From assembly GCA_963786935.1 (NCBI GenBank), contig CAWBAN010000003.1, positions 81,790 through 145,789 of the forward strand: a stretch of DNA of 64,000 nucleotides, in the 5' to 3' direction. Positions 49,185 through 58,732 of the stretch are shown in pieces; the first letter of the stretch is position 1, and the number at the start of each line of letters is the position of its first letter. This stretch comes from an uncultured bacterium. Lineage in GTDB: Bacteria > Krumholzibacteriota > Krumholzibacteriia > Krumholzibacteriales > Krumholzibacteriaceae. The translations under genes were made by a program, and so were the position numbers. Below the pieces are notes generated by a model that ran no database searches, was not told where the DNA came from, and saw nothing but the letters and a program-made list of their open reading frames with translations.

Positions 49185-50548
49185 ACGAAGAGCGGATTCG
49201 CATTCTCATCGTGGACGACGACGAAACGTTCATGGGCGATCTCGGGCGGCTCATGACCGACCGGTACGAGATCGTGATGTCGCGGAACGCGAAGGAGGCG
49301 CTCTCGGCGCACGATCGGCTCGGCTTCGACGCCGTCCTCCTCGATATCGATCTCGGGAGGGGCGTCGACGGGTTCGAGGTGCTCGACGCGCTCCGCGCCA
49401 CCGATCCGAACATCCCGGTCATCATGGTGACGCGCGACACCTCGGCGGCCTCGGCGATCGCCGCCCTGAAGAAGGGCGCCGTCGACTACATCGACAAGCG
49501 CCCCGATCTCGGCGACCTCGAGCGGCGCATATCGCGGGCGATCGAGGAGCAGCGGATCACCCGGCTCAACGACGCGCTCCGGATGGAGATCGACGAGATC
49601 CACGGCCGTATGGTCGGCGAAGGCGCGAGGATGCGGGATCTGCGCCGGGAGATCGCCATCGCCGCCGAGAGCTCGAGCCCCGTTCTCATCGTGGGAGAGA
49701 CGGGAACCGGCAAAGAGCTCGTCGCGAGGGAAATCCACAAGCGATTCAGTTCCGCGAGCGCGTTCGTGCCGCTCAACTGCGCCGCGGTGCCGCGCGAGAC
49801 ATTCAGCCTGAAGCTCTTCGGCAGCCATCGGGGGGCGTTCACCGGCGCCGAGGATCTTCCCGGAGTCTTCGAGCTGGCGCACGACGGCGTTCTCTTTCTC
49901 GACGAGATCACGGAGGTCGATTCGTCGCTGCAGGCCGAGCTTCTCCGCGTCGTTCAGGAGCGGGAGTTCGAGCGGAACGGAAGCTCCCGGAGGATCCCGT
50001 TCCGCGGGAAGCTCCTCGCCTCGACGAACCGGCCGCTGAAAGAGAGCCTCGAGAGCGGATCGCTGCGGAAGGACCTCTATTTCCGCTTCGGCACGCACGT
50101 GATCCAGGTGCCGCCTCTCAGGGAGCGGCGGGAGGATATTCCGGATCTCGCCCGCTACTTCCTCGAGCGCAAGTCGGTCGAGCTCAAGCGGCCGAAGCGC
50201 GAGATCGACGATGCGATGATGACCGAATTGTGCGGGAGAGACTGGCCGGGCAACGTGCGGGAGCTCGAGAACGTCCTCGAGGCGTACGTCGTGCGCGGCG
50301 GCCTCGCCGTCCCGAATCCCGTCCACATCGATTCGCCGCGCGACCTCTCGTACGAAGAGCTGTACCGAATGCCCTATCATGAAGCGAAGGACTTCCTGCT
50401 CGACGAATTCAAGCGCAAGTACACCGATACGCTCCTGGCGGCGTGCGGCGGCGATATCGCGAAGGCCGCGGAGCGGAGCGGGCTCACGCGCTTCGGACTC
50501 CAGAAAATGCTGAACGAAATCGGGAAGCGACATGCGGAGCCGGATTGA
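49181..50548 (+). CDS. Sigma-54-dependent response regulator (receiver, AAA+, HTH)
   Basis: IVDDD, LLDIDL, GETGTGKE, GAFTGA, FLDEI and WPGNVRELEN motifs; GTGA overlap with the kinase. Confidence 0.93.
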   Translation: MNEERIRILIVDDDETFMGDLGRLMTDRYEIVMSRNAKEALSAHDRLGFDAVLLDIDLGRGVDGFEVLDALRATDPNIPVIMVTRDTSAASAIAALKKGAVDYIDKRPDLGDLERRISRAIEEQRITRLNDALRMEIDEIHGRMVGEGARMRDLRREIAIAAESSSPVLIVGETGTGKELVAREIHKRFSSASAFVPLNCAAVPRETFSLKLFGSHRGAFTGAEDLPGVFELAHDGVLFLDEITEVDSSLQAELLRVVQEREFERNGSSRRIPFRGKLLASTNRPLKESLESGSLRKDLYFRFGTHVIQVPPLRERREDIPDLARYFLERKSVELKRPKREIDDAMMTELCGRDWPGNVRELENVLEAYVVRGGLAVPNPVHIDSPRDLSYEELYRMPYHEAKDFLLDEFKRKYTDTLLAACGGDIAKAAERSGLTRFGLQKMLNEIGKRHAEPD

Positions 50549-50586
50549 TCGCCGCCCCCTCCTTTCGACGGCTCTAAAGTAAAAAA

Positions 50587-50696
50587 CCGCAACTGCCGTT
50601 GCGGCCAGGATCCTCCGGCCTCGATTGTTCTAATTGTCTCCTATTCAAGTGGTTGCGAGCGATTCCACTGATGTCTCATCCGCAACTGCAGTTGCG
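50587..50696 (+). promoter_or_regulatory. Two palindromic enhancer (UAS) candidates
   Basis: CCGCAAC-TGCC-GTTGCGG (50587-50604) and CGCAACTGCAGTTGCG (50681-50696). Confidence 0.7.
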
Positions 50697-50741
50697 CCAG
50701 AGCGACGGCGCCTCTGCGCGGCGCGGCGAGCAGCAACCGTT

Positions 50742-50754
50742 TAATATATTGATA
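50742..50754 (-). promoter_or_regulatory. IHF-binding site
   Basis: Minus strand TATCAA-TATA-TTA matches WATCAANNNNTTR. Confidence 0.65.
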
Positions 50755-50804
50755 ATAAATGAGTTAAAGCCTTGTTTGGGCCATTGTTGCGGTAGTTGTC
50801 ATAA

Positions 50805-50820
50805 TGGAATGTCAATTGCT
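50805..50820 (+). promoter_or_regulatory. Sigma-54 -24/-12 promoter
   Basis: TGGAATGTCAATTGCT = GG-N10-GC with TTGCT. Confidence 0.72.
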
Positions 50821-50992
50821 CTTTACACTATCGACGAACGAGAGTATCCGGAATAAAACTCGCACAACGGATGGATCTCGTTTGGGCACCGGAGGGGGCT
50901 AGGGCGGCTCAGTGCCGACGTCGGCTCCGCGCCGACGTCGGCACCCTAGGGGAAGAGACGAAGTGAAAGGACACCGTTGGGAGGGCGGGGTT

Positions 50993-51412
50993 ATGAACGG
51001 TACCGGAAAAGCGAGCGGTGAGCTTCTCATCGTCGAGGACGATCGCGACTTTGTCGATGATCTGTTCGCCATGTGGCGTCCGCCCCTTCCGGTCGCCCGT
51101 GCGTCGACCGGGAAAGAAGCCTTCGACTATCTTCAGAACAGCGTCCCCTCGCTTGTTCTTCTCGATTTGAACCTGCCCCATTATATCGCCGACGACGACA
51201 CGGCCGAAGGATTCGGAATTCTATCCTACATACGGAGCAGCGTCGGCTCGGATGTCCCCGTGATCGTTATCACCCGCGAACGCTCGGAGGCGACCCGCTC
51301 GCGCGCCGTGTCGCTCGGCGCGAACAGTTTCTTCCCGAAGTCGCTCGACATCGCGGATCTCGAGAAAGCCGTCTCGAGCGCGATGCATGAGCGCCGGCGC
51401 CTCGCTTCCTGA
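50993..51412 (+). CDS. Single-domain response regulator (receiver only)
   Basis: LIVEDD, LLDLNLP, VIVIT and FFPK motifs. Confidence 0.9.
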   Translation: MNGTGKASGELLIVEDDRDFVDDLFAMWRPPLPVARASTGKEAFDYLQNSVPSLVLLDLNLPHYIADDDTAEGFGILSYIRSSVGSDVPVIVITRERSEATRSRAVSLGANSFFPKSLDIADLEKAVSSAMHERRRLAS

Positions 51413-51547
51413 CAGCGGTTTTTATCCTACCTCTCGATCGATTCCTCCGCTATAATCCGCGAGGCTGTCCGGCTCGGCGCCGGAACACAGCACGCTCCCG
51501 CATCTTTCCGGTTGAATCTGCGTATTGAGATAGAAGGAGGACCGCCC

Positions 51548-52033
51548 GTGGCAAACATTCTGCAGCCCGCCGAGATCGTGGAGATCGGCATCGAGAAGGA
51601 GAAGAAGCGCCGCGATTTCTACGCGCTCGCGGCGGATCGGTTCAAGGGGGAGAAGGAGCTCGGCGAGCTCTTCGCGCGACTGCGCGATTGGGAGGTCGAG
51701 CACATCCGAAGGTTCGAGGAGATTCGGGACAGCGTGAAGAAGGCGCAGTATACGGAGTCGTACCCGGGGGAGACGGAAGGCTACATGGACGCCCTCGTCG
51801 ACAGCGATCTCTACGCGAAGATCACCCCCGAGCGGTTCGCCGAGATCGTGAAGACGCCCCTCGACGCCCTCGACCGGGGAATCGGATTCGAGAAGGACGC
51901 GATCCTGTTCTTCGGCCAGCTCGCCCGGTTCATCGATCCGGCGAGCAAGGAGATCGTCGATCGCCTCATCAAGGAAGAGCAGCAGCATATGCTGTATCTG
52001 TTCACCATGAAAAAGGGAATGAGCGGCAAGTAG
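51548..52033 (+). CDS. Ferritin-like/rubrerythrin diiron-domain protein
   Basis: EKE..FY, E.EH, FEKDAILFF and EEQQH motifs. Confidence 0.85.
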   Translation: MANILQPAEIVEIGIEKEKKRRDFYALAADRFKGEKELGELFARLRDWEVEHIRRFEEIRDSVKKAQYTESYPGETEGYMDALVDSDLYAKITPERFAEIVKTPLDALDRGIGFEKDAILFFGQLARFIDPASKEIVDRLIKEEQQHMLYLFTMKKGMSGK

Positions 52034-52079
52034 CCTCGGCCGGCGCCGCCCCCGATTATCTGCAAGGGAGGAATTCGGC

Positions 52080-53813
52080 ATGAGAGTATTCTGGAAATGC
52101 TTTTTCGCGACCATCCTCGCGTTCGCCGTCATGGTGCTCGTCGTCGCCGGCATGGTGGCGTCGAAGAGCGAGGGCAAGAAGAAGATCGAAGGCCATTCGT
52201 ACCTCGTCGTCGACATCTACGGCGAGATCGCCGAGTACGATGCGCCGAGCGGCGTCATGGCAGAGCTGATGGGCGGGAAGCCCGAGACGCTCCAGCGCGT
52301 GCTGGGCAATCTCGAGAAGGCCGCGCTCGACGATCGCATCGACGGCGTCATCTTCAAGATATCGTCGAGCAACACCGCCGGCCTCGCGAAGCTCGAGGAA
52401 ATGCGGGGCGCGATCAAGAAGGTGCGGGCGGCGGGGAAGAAGGTGTACGCCTACACCGATTCGATGGACCGGAACGCCTTCTATCTCGCCGCGGCGTGCG
52501 ATTCGATCTTCGCGCCGCCGCCGGCGAACGTCTCGTTCCTCGGCATGGCCGGCGGCTCGCAGCACGTCAAGAACACCCTCGACAAGCTCGGCATCAAGCC
52601 GAATCTCCACCAGATCCGCGAGTACAAGAGCGCGGCGGAGATGGTCACGCGCGCCGAGAGCTCTCCCGAGGCCCGGGAGAACAAGGAATGGCTGCTCGCC
52701 GAGCGCTGGGACATGATGACGCAGGCCTTCAAGGAAGACCGGGGCTTCACCGACGAGAAGATCATCGAGCTCATGAGCTTCGCCCTCTACACCGCCCCCG
52801 AGGCGAAGGACGCGGGGCTCGTGGACCGCGTGCTCTATTGGGATTCGCTCGAGAGCATGCTCAAGGGGGACGAGAAGAAGCTCCGCACGGTCTCGCAGGC
52901 GACCTACGCGGACGTAAAACCGGAGAAGCTCGGCCTCAAGGGCTCGAAAAAAATCGCGGTCATCCACGCGAGCGGGATGATCGGCGGGAGGAAGAGCAAG
53001 GTCGATCCGCTCTTCGGCGTCATGATGGGGCACGAGAGCGTCGTCGCCGAGCTTCGCCGCGCGAAAGAGGACAAGGACGTCGCGGCGATCGTGTTCCGCG
53101 TCGACAGCCCCGGCGGCGAGGGGCTCGCGAGCGACCTCATCGGGCACGAGGTCGAGCTCGTCTCCAAGGAGAAGCCCATCGTCACCTCGATGGTCGACGT
53201 CGCGGGCTCCGGGGGATACTACATCGCCTACGAGGCTTCGAAGATCGTCGCCGATCCGATGACGCTCACCGGCTCGATCGGCTCGATCAGCATGAAGTTC
53301 AACATGAAGGGGCTCTACGACAAGCTCGGCGTCACCTACGACTTCGTCGAGAAGGGGCCGAACGCGCTCTTCTACTCCGATTACGCGGACTTCACGCCCG
53401 AGCAGCGGAAGCGTTTCGAGGAGAACCACTGGGCCGGCTTCGACATGTGGATGAGGGACGTCGCCGAGCACCGCAAGATGTCGTACGAGCAGATCACGAG
53501 TCTCGCCCTCGGGCGCGTGTGGACGGGGCGCCAGGCCAAGGGAAACGGCCTCGTCGACGAGCTGGGCGGCCTCGACAGGGCGATCGAGGTCGCGAAGGAT
53601 CTCGCGAAGATCCCCGCGGACCAGAAGGTCACCGTCGTGCACTATCCGAAGAAGAAGGGGCTCCTGCAGACGGTCCTCGGCGGCGAGGGGGGCGGCATGG
53701 CGGCGACGGCCAACTGGGTGATCTATCGATTCATCAGGGGCGATCTCGCCGAGACGTGGAACGCGCTCAACTCCCGGAATCTCTATCTGATCGACGACGG
53801 GGCGATGGAATAG
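52080..53813 (+). CDS. sppA: Signal peptide peptidase SppA (long form, S49)
   Basis: YKSAAE, RVDSPGG, AGSGGYY, TLTGSIG and GRVWTGRQA motifs. Confidence 0.93.
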   Translation: MRVFWKCFFATILAFAVMVLVVAGMVASKSEGKKKIEGHSYLVVDIYGEIAEYDAPSGVMAELMGGKPETLQRVLGNLEKAALDDRIDGVIFKISSSNTAGLAKLEEMRGAIKKVRAAGKKVYAYTDSMDRNAFYLAAACDSIFAPPPANVSFLGMAGGSQHVKNTLDKLGIKPNLHQIREYKSAAEMVTRAESSPEARENKEWLLAERWDMMTQAFKEDRGFTDEKIIELMSFALYTAPEAKDAGLVDRVLYWDSLESMLKGDEKKLRTVSQATYADVKPEKLGLKGSKKIAVIHASGMIGGRKSKVDPLFGVMMGHESVVAELRRAKEDKDVAAIVFRVDSPGGEGLASDLIGHEVELVSKEKPIVTSMVDVAGSGGYYIAYEASKIVADPMTLTGSIGSISMKFNMKGLYDKLGVTYDFVEKGPNALFYSDYADFTPEQRKRFEENHWAGFDMWMRDVAEHRKMSYEQITSLALGRVWTGRQAKGNGLVDELGGLDRAIEVAKDLAKIPADQKVTVVHYPKKKGLLQTVLGGEGGGMAATANWVIYRFIRGDLAETWNALNSRNLYLIDDGAME

Positions 53814-53847
53814 GCCCCGCCGAACCGCTATTGGCGAGGAGGACGAA

Positions 53848-55917
53848 TTGTCTCGAACAAGCGCCCGCACGATCGCGTGCGCGGCCGCCCTTGTGTTGCT
53901 CGTTTCGACGGGCGCGCTCGGCGCGGCGCGCCCCATGACGGCCGATGATCTGTGGAAGATGAAACGCGTCGGCTCGCTCTCCGTTTCTCCCGACGGGAGC
54001 CGAGCGGCGGTCGTCGTGACCGAGTACGACGTCGCGAAGAACGAGGGGCAGGGGGATATCTGGCTCGTCAAAACCGACGGGTCCGGCGCGGTCCGCTTCA
54101 CGACCGGCGCGACGACGGAAAGCTCACCCGTCTGGAGCCCATGCGGCAGGAAGCTCGCGTTCGTCGCGAAGCGCGGGGGGGACGACAAGCCGCAGCTCTA
54201 CGTGATCTCGCTCGACGGCGGCGAAGCGGCGCGCCTGACCGAGATGCCGCTCGGCGTCTCGAACCTGCGGTGGGCGGGGCACAAGATATTCTTCGTTTCC
54301 GACGTGCTGCCCGGCTACGAGGGAAAGCTCGATTCGATGAAGGCCGAGCTCGACCGGCGCGAAGGGCGGAAGGTCTCGGCGAAGACGACCGAGGCGCGGC
54401 TCTACCGCTACTGGGATCACTGGCTCACCGACGGGACCATGCCCCACCTCTTCTCGATCGAATGCAAGAGCGGCCGCGGCGGCGCGCTCGTCGATCTCAC
54501 CCCCGGCTGGGACCGGTTCCTCACCGACTCGGGCGAGCTCGATTACGACGTCTCCCCGGACGCGAAGGAGATCGCCCTCTCGGCGCTCGAGTTCGGGGCG
54601 CCCTACGACTCGCTCGTATACGACATCTATCTGATCGACGCGGCCGCGCCCGGGCCGCCGCGGGACATCACGCCGGAGAATCCGGCCGACGATCTCTCGC
54701 CGCGATACACGCCCGACGGCAAGCACCTTCTCTACGGCATGCAGAGGATCCCCGGATTCTACGGCGATCGCGTGCGGCTCGTGCGCTACGACCGTTCGAC
54801 CGGCGAGAAGAAGGTTCTCACCGAAAGCTGGGACCGCTCCCCGTCGCGCTGGGCCGCGTCGAAAGACGGGAAGACCGTCTTCTTCTGCGCGGAGGACCGG
54901 GCCGCGACCTCGATCTTCTCGATCGGGCTGAGCGGCGGCGCGGTGAAGGAGGTATACCGGGGAGGAACGAACGCCCCGGTCGAGATCACGGACGGCGGGA
55001 AGCTCGTCTTACTCCACAACGATCTCTCGAAGCCGAACGAGGTCTATACCGTCCTCGCGAGCGGGAAGGGACTCCGCAAGCTCACCTCGTTCAACGACGA
55101 GATCCTCGCCGGCCTCGATTTCGGCCGCGTCGAGGACGTCTCGTTCAAGGGCTTCGGCGGAGCGGACGTGCAGATGTACCTCGTGTATCCCCCGGGATTC
55201 GACGCGGCGAAGAAATGGCCGCTCCTCATCCTCGTGCACGGCGGGCCGCACGGCATCTTCGGCGACGAGTTCCACTTCAGATGGAACGCGCACGCGTTCG
55301 CCGCTCCCGGCTACGTGACGGCGCTCGTGAACTTCCACGGCTCCTCGAGCTTCGGGCAGGATTTCACCGACGCGATCACGGCGGAGCACGGGCGCAAGCC
55401 CTTCGAGGACGTGATGAAGGCGGCCGACCTCCTCGTGGGCAGGGGATTCGTCGACGAGAAGCGCATGGCGGTCGCGGGGGGAAGCTACGGGGGATATCTC
55501 GTGAGCTGGATCGGGACGCAGACCGGCCGCTTCGCCTGCCTCGTCAACCACGCGGGGGTGTTCGACCTCTGCACGCAGTTCGGCTCGGACGTGACCTTCG
55601 GGCGCGAGCGCTCGTACGGCGGCACGCCGTGGACGAATCTGGCGGACGTCATCCGGTGGAGCCCCGCGCACAACATGGCGAACTACGTGACGCCGACCCT
55701 CGTCGTCCAGGGCGAGCGGGATTACCGCGTGCCGGTCGGCAACGCCCTCGAGGTCTACGGCATGCTCGGGGAGAAGGGCGTCCCCGCGAAGCTCGTCTAT
55801 TTCCCCGACGAGAACCACTGGGTGCTCAAGCCGCAGAACTCGATATTCTGGTACGGCGAGGTGCACGATTGGCTCGGTCGGTACATCGGCGCCGGGCCGC
55901 ATTCTATTGTAAAATAA
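53848..55917 (+). CDS. Exported S9 peptidase (dipeptidyl/acylaminoacyl peptidase)
   Basis: PD40-like propeller; HGGP, GGSYGG, DYRV and ENH motifs. Confidence 0.93.
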   Translation: MSRTSARTIACAAALVLLVSTGALGAARPMTADDLWKMKRVGSLSVSPDGSRAAVVVTEYDVAKNEGQGDIWLVKTDGSGAVRFTTGATTESSPVWSPCGRKLAFVAKRGGDDKPQLYVISLDGGEAARLTEMPLGVSNLRWAGHKIFFVSDVLPGYEGKLDSMKAELDRREGRKVSAKTTEARLYRYWDHWLTDGTMPHLFSIECKSGRGGALVDLTPGWDRFLTDSGELDYDVSPDAKEIALSALEFGAPYDSLVYDIYLIDAAAPGPPRDITPENPADDLSPRYTPDGKHLLYGMQRIPGFYGDRVRLVRYDRSTGEKKVLTESWDRSPSRWAASKDGKTVFFCAEDRAATSIFSIGLSGGAVKEVYRGGTNAPVEITDGGKLVLLHNDLSKPNEVYTVLASGKGLRKLTSFNDEILAGLDFGRVEDVSFKGFGGADVQMYLVYPPGFDAAKKWPLLILVHGGPHGIFGDEFHFRWNAHAFAAPGYVTALVNFHGSSSFGQDFTDAITAEHGRKPFEDVMKAADLLVGRGFVDEKRMAVAGGSYGGYLVSWIGTQTGRFACLVNHAGVFDLCTQFGSDVTFGRERSYGGTPWTNLADVIRWSPAHNMANYVTPTLVVQGERDYRVPVGNALEVYGMLGEKGVPAKLVYFPDENHWVLKPQNSIFWYGEVHDWLGRYIGAGPHSIVK

Positions 55918-56017
55918 TTAATTATGCTAATTGACGGCCGCGATCGCGTGGGGCGCCGCGTGCTTGTTCCCGCCTCGAAGAGCATACGTCTTCTGAGTGA
56001 AATACCTCATTACGGGA

Positions 56018-56047
56018 TTGACATTTTGCTCCGATTGGAGGTATAAT
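56018..56047 (+). promoter_or_regulatory. Consensus sigma-70 promoter
   Basis: TTGACA-18 nt-TATAAT. Confidence 0.8.
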
Positions 56048-56201
56048 CACCTGCGAAATAGTCCAACAAAGCCACGGGTTCGGAACACTGGTGCTTTTGC
56101 GGGCAGACTCGCTCAAACTGCCTTTCCGGGGGGGGTGCATCAATCGCTCAATTGGTATCGTCTGTCAACGTTGCTTTACCACGTTCCGGAAGGGGGATGA
56201 A

Positions 56202-56906
56202 ATGAGAGTATTGAGAATATTCGTCATATCGGCTGCCGCGATGCTCATCGCCGGCGCGGCCTACGCGGTGTGTGCGCATGCGCCCCTGCAGGGATCGTAC
56301 TCGACGACCAACGGCTCGATGATCGGCGGGCGCGTGTCCGAGGCGTTCTGCAGCGGCGTCGGCCCCGGCCAGCCGGGCAACATGCAGAACGCGATGTCCT
56401 GGAACGGCGCGGCTCTCGGAACGCAGTGGACCGTGAGCGGCATGACGATCGACGCCGCCGGCGCCGTCCTCAAGAAGGACGCGGTCGACGGCTCGGGCTT
56501 CGGCTACCGGGATTACGTCACCAACTACACCGGCGGAACGTTCTGGCTGTCGGGCGCCGGCGCATGGGGAGATGGGCTCGGGGACTTCACCGGCACGATC
56601 ACCTATTACAACGTCAGCACGAGGATCAGCTTCATGGGCGGCATGCCGATCGGAGCGACGTCCAATATCAGCTTCCGCGGCGCGTTCGCCGACTGCGCCT
56701 ACTGCTTCATCGACTACGCGGTGGCGAACTCGATGCTCATGTGGACGACCGGCGACGGCGCGATGCCCGCGAACTACCCGCCGTTCCTCTGTAGCGCGAA
56801 CGCCGGCGAGCTGCACGACGTCTGCTGCGTCACGATGCACATCCTCTGCGACGTGACGGCGACCGAAGACAGCGCGTGGGGAGCGATCAAGAGCCTCTAT
56901 CGCTAG
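56202..56906 (+). CDS. Secreted 8-Cys protein with SAWGAIKSLYR tail (paralogue B)
   Basis: Signal peptide ending AYA; collinear with 45811-46518. Confidence 0.85.
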   Translation: MRVLRIFVISAAAMLIAGAAYAVCAHAPLQGSYSTTNGSMIGGRVSEAFCSGVGPGQPGNMQNAMSWNGAALGTQWTVSGMTIDAAGAVLKKDAVDGSGFGYRDYVTNYTGGTFWLSGAGAWGDGLGDFTGTITYYNVSTRISFMGGMPIGATSNISFRGAFADCAYCFIDYAVANSMLMWTTGDGAMPANYPPFLCSANAGELHDVCCVTMHILCDVTATEDSAWGAIKSLYR

Positions 56907-56934
56907 ACGCCGCATCCTATTTCCTGTACGGTAC

Positions 56935-56966
56935 GGGGGTCGGCCCGATGTGGCCGGCCCCCTTTT
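56935..56966 (+). terminator. Rho-independent terminator
   Basis: GGGGGTCGGCC...GGCCGGCCCCC followed by TTTT. Confidence 0.7.
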
Positions 56967-56990
56967 CGTGCGCCAGCTGAGGAGGATCGG

Positions 56991-58691
56991 ATGAAAGGAA
57001 TGGTGCTCGTGATCTTCATGCTCGCCGCGCTGACCCCCGATTTCGCTTCGGCGTACGACAGGCCGGCGGGGAAAATGCACGCCTCTCGCTCCGAGACGAT
57101 CGCCGAGCACGGCATGGTGTGCGCGGCGCAGCCCCTCGCCGTCGAGATCGGCGTCGGGATTCTCAAGGCGGGCGGGAGCGCCGTCGACGCGGCGATCGCC
57201 GTGAACGCCGCGCTCGGGCTCATGGAGCCCGTCTCGTGCGGCGTCGGCGGCGATCTCTTCGCCATCGTGTGGGACGCGAAGACGCAGAAGCTCTACGGCC
57301 TCAACGCGAGCGGCCGGGCCCCGGCGCTGCTGACGATCGACGAGGTGAAGAAGCGGGGATTGTCCTCGATGCCGTACACGGGCGTCGTGCCGCAGACCGT
57401 GCCCGGCTGCGTCGACGGCTGGTTCGAGCTCCACACAAAGTTCGGGAAGCTCCCGATGAAGGATCTGCTCGCGCCCGCGATTAAATACGCGGAGGAAGGC
57501 TTCCCGGTGACCGAGGTCATCGCGCACTACTGGGCGATCGGCGGCCGGCGCCTCAAGGACGAGCCGAATTTCTCCGCGACCTATCTTCCCGGCGGCCGCG
57601 CGCCGTCGACGGGGGAGATCTTCCGCAATCCCGACCTCGCGCGGACCTACCGGATTCTCGCGAAAGACGGGCGCGACGCCTTCTACTGCGGCGAGCTCGC
57701 CCGGACGATCGACGCCTTCGAGCGCCGCATCGGCGGCTACCTGAGGCTCGGCGATCTCGAGAAGCACTCGTCGACATGGGTGCAGCCGGTGAGCGCCGGC
57801 TACCGCGGCTACGACCTCTGGGAGCTCCCGCCGAACGGGCAGGGGATCGCCGCGCTCCAGATGCTCAACATCCTCGAAGGCTACGATCTCTCGAAGCTCG
57901 GATTCGGGAGCGCCGAGGCGCTCCATCTCATGATCGAGGCGAAGAAGCTCGCCTTCGAGGACGCGGCACGATTCTACGCCGATCCCGATTTCGTGAAGGT
58001 GCCGGTCGAGCGGCTCGTTTCGAAGGAGTACGCCGCCGAGCGGCGCGCGCTCATCTCGATGGAACGCGCGCTCCGCGAGATCCCGCCGGGGGACGTGCGT
58101 CTCGAGACGGGCGAGACGACGTACCTCGTCGTCGCCGACAAGGACCGCAACTTCGTCTCGCTCATCCAGAGCAACTACGCCGGCTTCGGCTCGGGCCCCG
58201 TGCCCGACGGGCTCGGATTCTGCCTGCAGGACCGGGGCGCCCTCTTCAACCTCGACCCGAAGCACCCGAACGCGCTCGTTCCGGGAAAGCGCCCCTTCCA
58301 CACGATCATTCCCGCGATGGTCACGCGCGAGGGGAAGCCGGTATTCGCCTTCGGCGTCATGGGAGGCTCGATGCAGCCGCAGGGACACGTGCAGGTGCTC
58401 TGCAACATCATCGACTTCGGGATGAATATTCAAGAGGCGGGGGATGCCCCGCGGTTCAATCACTCCGGGTCGTCGGAGCCGACGGGCGAAATCATGCGGG
58501 ACGGCGGCGAGGTGGCGCTCGAGAACGGATTCGCGCCCGAGGCCGTCCGCTCCCTCATGGAGAAGGGGCACAAGGTCGTGGGGGACACCGGCGGCTTCGG
58601 CGGCTATCAGGGCATCTGGTGGGACTGGAAGAGCGACGTTCTGCGCGGCGGCTCCGAGTCCCGCAAGGACGGCTGCGCGATGGGGTACTAG
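56991..58691 (+). CDS. ggt: Gamma-glutamyltransferase
   Basis: GGSAVDAAIA, VPG, ETT nucleophile site, KRPFHTI and GVMGG..QPQ motifs. Confidence 0.93.
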   Translation: MKGMVLVIFMLAALTPDFASAYDRPAGKMHASRSETIAEHGMVCAAQPLAVEIGVGILKAGGSAVDAAIAVNAALGLMEPVSCGVGGDLFAIVWDAKTQKLYGLNASGRAPALLTIDEVKKRGLSSMPYTGVVPQTVPGCVDGWFELHTKFGKLPMKDLLAPAIKYAEEGFPVTEVIAHYWAIGGRRLKDEPNFSATYLPGGRAPSTGEIFRNPDLARTYRILAKDGRDAFYCGELARTIDAFERRIGGYLRLGDLEKHSSTWVQPVSAGYRGYDLWELPPNGQGIAALQMLNILEGYDLSKLGFGSAEALHLMIEAKKLAFEDAARFYADPDFVKVPVERLVSKEYAAERRALISMERALREIPPGDVRLETGETTYLVVADKDRNFVSLIQSNYAGFGSGPVPDGLGFCLQDRGALFNLDPKHPNALVPGKRPFHTIIPAMVTREGKPVFAFGVMGGSMQPQGHVQVLCNIIDFGMNIQEAGDAPRFNHSGSSEPTGEIMRDGGEVALENGFAPEAVRSLMEKGHKVVGDTGGFGGYQGIWWDWKSDVLRGGSESRKDGCAMGY

Positions 58692-58732
58692 GAGTCGTCC
58701 CGGGCCCGCGGAGCTTCCGGCGCGGCGCGGCG

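Noticed and set aside
50587-50696. Repeated palindromes as CRISPR or REP elements
   Set aside because: Only two short copies, no spacer periodicity, no cas genes; position fits sigma54 enhancers
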